From a virus (Duplodnaviria > Caudoviricetes), in the IMG/VR virus record IMGVR_UViG_3300024232_000009, positions 1 to 64,000 of that record: 64,000 nt of DNA; one strand, 5' to 3'. Under the pieces are notes generated by a model, which saw only the letters and a program-made list of their open reading frames with translations, ran no database searches and had not been told where the DNA came from. Shown piece by piece: positions 58,685-64,000 of this stretch. How positions within the stretch are numbered: position 1 is the first letter of the stretch; each line of letters begins with the position of its first letter. Position numbers and translations under genes: made by a program.

Positions 58685-60688
58685 ATGTTCAGCGAATTCA
58701 AGGCCGCGATCGACCGCCAGTGGCAGGCGATGAGCAAACACGAGCTATTCCGCACCGGAGCCGACAAGGACGCGATGTGGACCACCTACCTCGGATCATT
58801 CCCCAAGGGGAGCAATCCGATCTTCCGCGAGCGAACCGAGCATGATTGCTCGTGCTGCCGTCAGTTCGTGCGCGCGATCGGTGACGTCGTCGCCATCGTG
58901 GACGGCAGGATCGTGAGCCTTTGGGACATCGAAACGCCCAACCAGGCCTATCAGACCGTGGCCCAGGCCATGGCCGAGCTTGTCCGTGAGAAGACCATCG
59001 ACAACGTATTTCTGCACACCGAGGCGACCGCCGGCACCGACAAGAATTATGAACAGACCGACACTGGCGCACTGACATGGGAGCATTTCTTCGTGCGCCT
59101 GCCCAACAGCCGGGTTTGCAGGGGTGTGGATATCGGGCCACGGTTGTCCGAGACGCGCGCGCTTCATGACGTGCTGAAACGCAGCCTTGTCGAGATCAAG
59201 GTCGATGCCGTTGACGCAGTGCTGGAACTGATCGGACAGAACGCGCTCTACCGAGGGCAGGAACATCAGCACGCGCTGACCACGTTCCGCCAGACACAGA
59301 CCGCTTTCGCGCAACTCTCGCCGACGAACCTGGAACCGTTCGTGTGGTCCCAAATCGGCACGCTTCCCGGTTCGGTGTCCAAAATCCGCAACACCAGCAT
59401 TGGTACGCTGCTGGTCGACCTGTCCGAGGGCATGGACCTGGAAGGCGCGGTCCGCAAATTCGAGGCCATGGTGGCGCCTGCCAACTACAAACGGCCCACG
59501 GCGCTAGTAACGCCGGCGATGGTGGCGAAAGCAAAGGCCACCGTGGAGGAACTGGGCCTTACGTCGGCCCTGGAACGCCGGTACGCCCACCTGACCGACA
59601 TCACGGTCAACAACGTGCTGTACGCGGACCGGAGCGCCAAGAAGGCGATGAGCGGCGGCGCGTTCGATGACATCGCGACGTCGGCCGCGGTCAAGCCCGC
59701 GTCATTCGAGAAGGCCCAGAATGTCGGCATCGCCGAATTCCTCGCCGAGGTGCTGCCGCAGTCTACCAGCGTCGAATTGCTCGTGGAAAACCGCCACGCG
59801 GGCAATCTGGTCAGCTTGATCGCCCCGGTAGACCCGAACGCTGGCCAGTTGTTCAGGTGGGATAACCGCTTCTCGTGGTCCTATGCGGGAGACTTCGCTG
59901 ACTCGGTGAAGGAGCGGGTCAAAAAGGCGGGCGGCAACGTCACCGGGGAACTGTGCTGTCGGCTGGGTTGGTTCAACACCGACGATCTGGACTTTCACAT
60001 GGTCGAGCCTGGGCCCGAGCATATCTACTATGCCAACAAAATCAGCCGCGTGTCGCGCGGTCAACTGGACGTGGATATGAACGTCATGACCCTCGTGCGC
60101 GATCCCGTAGAAAATATCTTCTACGAGACAACCGCCAGGATGCGCGAAGGCACATACCAACTCGCCGTGAACCAGTTCACCAAACGGAACACGGCTGACG
60201 TTGGCTTTGAAGCTGAAATCGACTTCAAGGGCACTGTCTATCGCTTCGCCTACCCGAAAGCACTGCGGCTCGGCGAAACTGTCACGGTGGCCACCTTCCG
60301 CTACAGTCACGCCAAGGGGCTCGAAATCATTGAGTCCCTCCCGTCGACAACAACCTCCCGGAAGGTCTGGAATATCGACACAGGCACCTTCAACCGGGTG
60401 AACGTCGTCATGCTCTCGCCCAACCACTGGGACGGGCATGGCGTGGGCAACCGGCACCACTTCTTCATGCTGGCAAACTGCCAGAACGACGGCACCGCTC
60501 GGGGCTTCTACAACGAATTCCTCCGCGGCGACCTCGATCAGCACCGGAAGGTGCTGGAACTCGTGGGTGCGAAGATGCGCACCGACGAGGCGACCAATCA
60601 GTTGAGCGGCCTCGGCTTCTCATCGACCCAACGCAACGACGCGATCGTTCGCGTGAACGGCGCGCGGGTTGTCCGCGTGCAATTCTAA
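58685..60688 (+). CDS. Large conserved phage protein of unknown function with a YfaP/DUF2135-like module
   Basis: N-terminal EHDCSCCRQF; internal L.W...DDLDFH...P...GQLDVDMN...PVENIFY; AAGGAG ribosome site. Confidence 0.75.
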   Translation: MFSEFKAAIDRQWQAMSKHELFRTGADKDAMWTTYLGSFPKGSNPIFRERTEHDCSCCRQFVRAIGDVVAIVDGRIVSLWDIETPNQAYQTVAQAMAELVREKTIDNVFLHTEATAGTDKNYEQTDTGALTWEHFFVRLPNSRVCRGVDIGPRLSETRALHDVLKRSLVEIKVDAVDAVLELIGQNALYRGQEHQHALTTFRQTQTAFAQLSPTNLEPFVWSQIGTLPGSVSKIRNTSIGTLLVDLSEGMDLEGAVRKFEAMVAPANYKRPTALVTPAMVAKAKATVEELGLTSALERRYAHLTDITVNNVLYADRSAKKAMSGGAFDDIATSAAVKPASFEKAQNVGIAEFLAEVLPQSTSVELLVENRHAGNLVSLIAPVDPNAGQLFRWDNRFSWSYAGDFADSVKERVKKAGGNVTGELCCRLGWFNTDDLDFHMVEPGPEHIYYANKISRVSRGQLDVDMNVMTLVRDPVENIFYETTARMREGTYQLAVNQFTKRNTADVGFEAEIDFKGTVYRFAYPKALRLGETVTVATFRYSHAKGLEIIESLPSTTTSRKVWNIDTGTFNRVNVVMLSPNHWDGHGVGNRHHFFMLANCQNDGTARGFYNEFLRGDLDQHRKVLELVGAKMRTDEATNQLSGLGFSSTQRNDAIVRVNGARVVRVQF

Positions 60689-60702
60689 CCCAGGAGACCA
60701 CC

Positions 60703-61068
60703 ATGTTCGAAAAAGCCACTCGCCTGAAACTGCGGTTTGAAAGCAGCCATGGGCCACTACTCGCGGAAGACCTCTGGGATTTGCCGCTGAAGTCCCTGGA
60801 CAACCTGGCCGTCGGGCTGAAGCGCAGTCTCGAGACCGATACGACCTCGTTCATCAACGAGAGGAAGCCGGACGAGACCGTGCAACTCCGCTTCGACATC
60901 GCGAAGCACGTCATCGACGTGCGGCTTAACGAGGCGCAGCAGGCCAAGGACGCGAAGGATCGGGCGCAGAAGAAACAGCAGATCCTCGGCATCCTCGCCA
61001 CGCGCGAGAACGCCAAGCTGGAAGGCGCCAGCGAGGACGAACTGAGGGCGCTGCTCGCCAGCCTCTGA
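60703..61068 (+). CDS. Partner protein of the 667-aa gene (MFEKATRLKLRF...EDLWDLPL)
   Basis: CAGGAG site; helical with a C-terminal coiled coil. Confidence 0.8.
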   Translation: MFEKATRLKLRFESSHGPLLAEDLWDLPLKSLDNLAVGLKRSLETDTTSFINERKPDETVQLRFDIAKHVIDVRLNEAQQAKDAKDRAQKKQQILGILATRENAKLEGASEDELRALLASL

Positions 61069-61107
61069 CCGTGCCGCGAGACGTACCCGGGTCGTCCGGG
61101 GCGTTTC

Positions 61108-61437
61108 GTGCAACGGCCAGCACAGGAGGTTCCAATTACAAATCACCCTAATCGCAGCAAACGCACTGCTGCCACCAACGATACAGGTTACCCGCAGACG
61201 CCCGGGATCGAAGCCACGGCCAAGCAGGTAATCAGCGCCATAGAGCGCGGCGAACGCCTCGCGAGAGCATTCGACCGCCAGGACCGGATCAAAGCGAACG
61301 CCCGCGATATGTTCGCGGTCCTGCAAGCCATCTCCGGCTGCCCGCAGGCCGCTCCCTGGTTGGCTCGCCTGCCGTTTGGCGACGGCAACACCTGGGACGC
61401 GCTACAGGCCGTCCTCGTTGCGGTTGAAAATCAATGA
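61108..61437 (+). CDS. Hypothetical protein; best ribosome site points to an ATT start at 61135
   Basis: AGGAGG-N5-ATT ACA AAT CAC (TNHPNRSK). Confidence 0.55.
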   Translation: MQRPAQEVPITNHPNRSKRTAATNDTGYPQTPGIEATAKQVISAIERGERLARAFDRQDRIKANARDMFAVLQAISGCPQAAPWLARLPFGDGNTWDALQAVLVAVENQ

Positions 61438-61601
61438 CCCCCGACACCCGCCGCCTGATCAGCCAGGCACTCGCGAAATCGTTGGCGTTCAAACAATGCG
61501 GCGACGATGCCAAGGCGTCCATGTGGGCGTGGCGCCTGCTGGAAATGCTTGGAGACGCGGGGATCCGCCCCGAGCCTTTGAGCGCGGAGGAAAAACCGTG
61601 A
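61434..61601 (+). CDS. Hypothetical protein (55 aa)
   Basis: ATGA start and GTGA end coupling; MTPDTRRLISQALAKSLAFKQCG. Confidence 0.6.
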   Translation: MTPDTRRLISQALAKSLAFKQCGDDAKASMWAWRLLEMLGDAGIRPEPLSAEEKP

Positions 61602-61978
61602 CCAATCTCTATGCGCTCGATGGCATCTGTCACAACGCTGAACCGGGCACCTACGGCCACGAGTGCGGTAAGCCCGCGAAGTGGCTTGGCACGGGCGCCA
61701 GCGGCTTCCAGAGTGGCTTCTGCGACGATTGCAAGGCCCACGGCTACGAGGCAAAGGGGATGGTCGCATGGGTGCCTGCTGGCACTCCCTGGCGCGTCGA
61801 GCAATGGCGCTGCGATAGCGACTTCAAGGGCTGGCAGGTGGTGCGCGACCTCGATGACGGGGTGAAATCCTACGCTGCACTGCTGGAAGCCCCGACCGGC
61901 CCCGTAGACGGCTGGCGACACCGGATCGCGGCGCAAACGCTCGCGGTCGACCTCAATAAACGGGAGTTAGGAATATGA
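61598..61978 (+). CDS. Cys/His-containing hypothetical protein (126 aa)
   Basis: GGAGG before the GTG; CHN...HECGKP...FCDDC. Confidence 0.65.
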   Translation: MTNLYALDGICHNAEPGTYGHECGKPAKWLGTGASGFQSGFCDDCKAHGYEAKGMVAWVPAGTPWRVEQWRCDSDFKGWQVVRDLDDGVKSYAALLEAPTGPVDGWRHRIAAQTLAVDLNKRELGI

Positions 61979-62223
61979 CGCTCCATCTTTTTTCGTGCGA
62001 AAATTCGGACAACGATATTTGTGGGCTGTGCGGTGAACGTGGTGCCGACAAGATGGCTCTATGGACCGGTGGCGGCGTCTACTGGCCTGGCGAGCATCGG
62101 CCAGATGGAGAAATGGTGCACCAAACGTGCGAACAAGCCGAGACGCGCCGCGCGCACGCCGCTCTAAGCCAACCACAACGTGACGCGGTGTTACGATCAA
62201 TTACAGGAGGAGCGTGGCCATGA
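61975..62223 (+). CDS. Hypothetical Zn-binding protein (82 aa)
   Basis: ICGLCG...HQTC; ATGA coupling. Confidence 0.65.
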   Translation: MTLHLFSCENSDNDICGLCGERGADKMALWTGGGVYWPGEHRPDGEMVHQTCEQAETRRAHAALSQPQRDAVLRSITGGAWP

Positions 62224-62441
62224 CAGAGATCGCCGGATACGCGGCGGAATACGCATCGACCGACGGCATGTTCTGCATGGGCTTCGGGGAGACCCAGGCC
62301 ATCGCGCAAATGCGGGCGAACTTCCAAATCTCGGGCGCATCGGCCGGGATGAAGGCCCTGATGCGGACGCGGATCACCTATCGCCCGGTCGGGGCGGATG
62401 AGGCGAGCGAGATCATGGAAATGCTGGACACGCCCTACTGA
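62220..62441 (+). CDS. Hypothetical protein (73 aa)
   Basis: AGGAG site; ATGA coupling. Confidence 0.65.
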   Translation: MTEIAGYAAEYASTDGMFCMGFGETQAIAQMRANFQISGASAGMKALMRTRITYRPVGADEASEIMEMLDTPY

Positions 62442-62512
62442 ACAACGCCGGGACTGAAATCCGATTGAAAGCCGTTCCGTGACACACGGGACGGGCAACA
62501 CCGGAGTCACCC

Positions 62513-62707
62513 ATGCAAATCACGTTGAACGCAATCACTTACCGGCGCGTCCTCGACCTCGATGGCAACCCCGTCGTGCTACGTCCCAGCGGCAAACAAT
62601 GGCGCGTCGCCTCGCGCGAACAAAGCGCGAAAATCCTGGCGGGATTGTTGAGGCCAGCACTCGGGAATGTCGTTCCGTATCGTACGGTCCCCGACAAACA
62701 CACTTAG
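62513..62707 (+). CDS. Hypothetical protein (64 aa)
   Basis: CGGAG site before the ATG. Confidence 0.6.
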   Translation: MQITLNAITYRRVLDLDGNPVVLRPSGKQWRVASREQSAKILAGLLRPALGNVVPYRTVPDKHT

Positions 62708-62800
62708 ATTAACGATTTTTCGCTGGTAATTTCTTCAATCTTGCGATTTAACCGTGGGTGCGCGGTTTTTATCTGTCCCGCGCATACCCACCCCACACTT

Positions 62801-62839
62801 GGCCCGCCCTTCACTCGCTCGGGGGCGGGTCCTTTTTTT
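62801..62839 (+). terminator. Rho-independent terminator ending the rightward operon
   Basis: GGCCCGCCC...GGGCGGGTCC followed by T7. Confidence 0.8.
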
Positions 62840-62866
62840 GTTTGTCGGGGAGCGCGCCCGATTCCG

Positions 62867-64000
62867 TCAAGCGTTAACCACCTCGGCGAACAACCCAGCA
62901 TCGCGCTCCACCCGTCGGCGAGCCATATCAGCGTATTCCGGGTTCAACTCGATCAGGATGGCATCGCGGCCCAAACGATCAGCCACGAGGCCAGAGGTTC
63001 CGGCCCCGCCGAACGGATCCAACACAGTGCACGGGCGCACTACGGCGTCGCATGAGCATGTCGGTTCCCAAGAATAGGCTTTCTCTCGCATCCCTTCGAG
63101 GATGCGGCGTTTCACGTCACTGGCGTTCTGCACCCCCGCGCTGTCGTGACCCTTCGTGGATCGCCCGCTATAGCCGCCAGAGGCGTCAGCACCGGACGCG
63201 GCGCGGTGCACCATGTCAGGCTCACCCTTGGTTGTAATCCTGGCCAACGGAGCACCACAGGCCGAACAACAGCCATGTGCGGACGTGGCCGCCAAGATGC
63301 AACGCTCTGCCAGATCGGGCGGAAAGGTGGCGAAGTGCGCCTCGGAGAATGGTTGCGTTGCCATGGTCCAAACATTCCGGCAATTCGCTCCCATCGCCTG
63401 CTGCTCGTCTTTTGGCATGGCGTCCCAACGATCATTGAAACCATCGTGACGGCGTCCGTGTCCGCGTTGCTTGTCCGTTCGCCCCACCGCTTTCATGGTC
63501 CCATTGATTTTGGCCCCTCCGTTGGCTCTAGCCGAGCCCTCCTGCGCCTCAATATTTTGTGCCAATCTGGCGATAGATGCTTCGGCCATCGGTTGTCGGA
63601 TTGCTTCCGCGTCCCAGAAATAATCATGACCTGACCACAAATTGACGCGCTGCCAGATTTGTTTGACCTCCTCCGGTGAGCCGGATGGCGCGGTGCGGAC
63701 CTCTTCTTTCGTTTTACGGTGTATCCAACGATAATCTGGTTCAGGGTGATTGCGCGTGCCCGACCTGTTCCGGTGCGTCCAGAATGTATGATCACCGGAT
63801 TTTACGAACAGAAACAAATGCTCATGCGCTGAAGTAGGACGATCGGTAACGCTTTCGGGCATGGGATTAGGTTTTGCCCAGATGATGTCGGACCGTAGCC
63901 ACCACCCCGCAGAGCGCAGGGCAAATGCCGCCATCCAAGGGATGCCGATCAAGTCTTTCGGCTTTAACCCAGGCAGCGGCATCCGATTGGGCTGTGTGTT
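62867..64000 (-). CDS. Site-specific DNA methyltransferase (N4/N6, beta class), N-terminus outside the window
   Basis: KPKDLIGIPW...DIIWAKPNPMPESVTDR...HFATFPPDL...VLDPFGGAGT...IELNPEY. The frame is open to the window edge. Confidence 0.9.
   Translation of the reverse strand, partial: NTQPNRMPLPGLKPKDLIGIPWMAAFALRSAGWWLRSDIIWAKPNPMPESVTDRPTSAHEHLFLFVKSGDHTFWTHRNRSGTRNHPEPDYRWIHRKTKEEVRTAPSGSPEEVKQIWQRVNLWSGHDYFWDAEAIRQPMAEASIARLAQNIEAQEGSARANGGAKINGTMKAVGRTDKQRGHGRRHDGFNDRWDAMPKDEQQAMGANCRNVWTMATQPFSEAHFATFPPDLAERCILAATSAHGCCSACGAPLARITTKGEPDMVHRAASGADASGGYSGRSTKGHDSAGVQNASDVKRRILEGMREKAYSWEPTCSCDAVVRPCTVLDPFGGAGTSGLVADRLGRDAILIELNPEYADMARRRVERDAGLFAEVVNA

Larger units (their letters stand above)
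1..64000. mobile_element. Tailed phage/prophage genome segment with P22-like podovirus head-tail module
   Basis: Terminase, P22-like portal, scaffold, coat, gp4, gp10, ejection proteins, tail fibres and lysis genes in canonical order. No host housekeeping genes seen. No integrase or att site in the window, so lifestyle is undetermined. Confidence 0.95.

Noticed and set aside
55455-62510. Hammerhead ribozymes in early-operon intergenic hairpins
   Set aside because: CTGA occurs at several sites, but none has the CUGANGA...GAAA core in the required arrangement.

Overview
The whole window reads as one contiguous segment of a tailed dsDNA phage or prophage with a P22-like podovirus morphogenesis module. 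GC is high, and an alphaproteobacterial host is inferred from GcrA-like, GTA spike-base-like and OmpR-wHTH-like genes. On the minus strand, from right to left, come HNH, terS, terL (with a LAGLIDADG intein), about 28 small translationally coupled genes, portal, scaffold, P22-gp5-type coat, a 4-repeat decoration-like protein, two glycosyltransferases plus a HAD phosphatase, gp4, a split gp10, AspH plus cupin, four ejection proteins (one a 2887-aa methyltransferase/strawberry-notch giant), a HExxE protein and a PurD-like ATP-grasp ligase, tail fibres and a lysis region with a Tlde1-type enzyme. A divergent plus-strand early-type operon (55.5-62.7 kb: Ycf46-like AAA ATPase cassette, 667-aa/121-aa pair, small ORFs) sits behind a tandem-RHH gene and its probable operators. 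A DNA methyltransferase runs off the right edge. No integrase, replication module, CRISPR array or reverse transcriptase is visible. The strongest leads are: (1) a PurD-like ligase/HExxE pair and other tailoring enzymes embedded in the virion operon; (2) a covarying hairpin family found 10 times in 7 leaders of late genes; (3) a probable overprinted 132-aa gene inside the giant ejection protein; (4) a gp10 tail hub split in two by nested domain insertions; (5) the AAA cassette. All family calls come from motif recognition by eye; no database searches were run.
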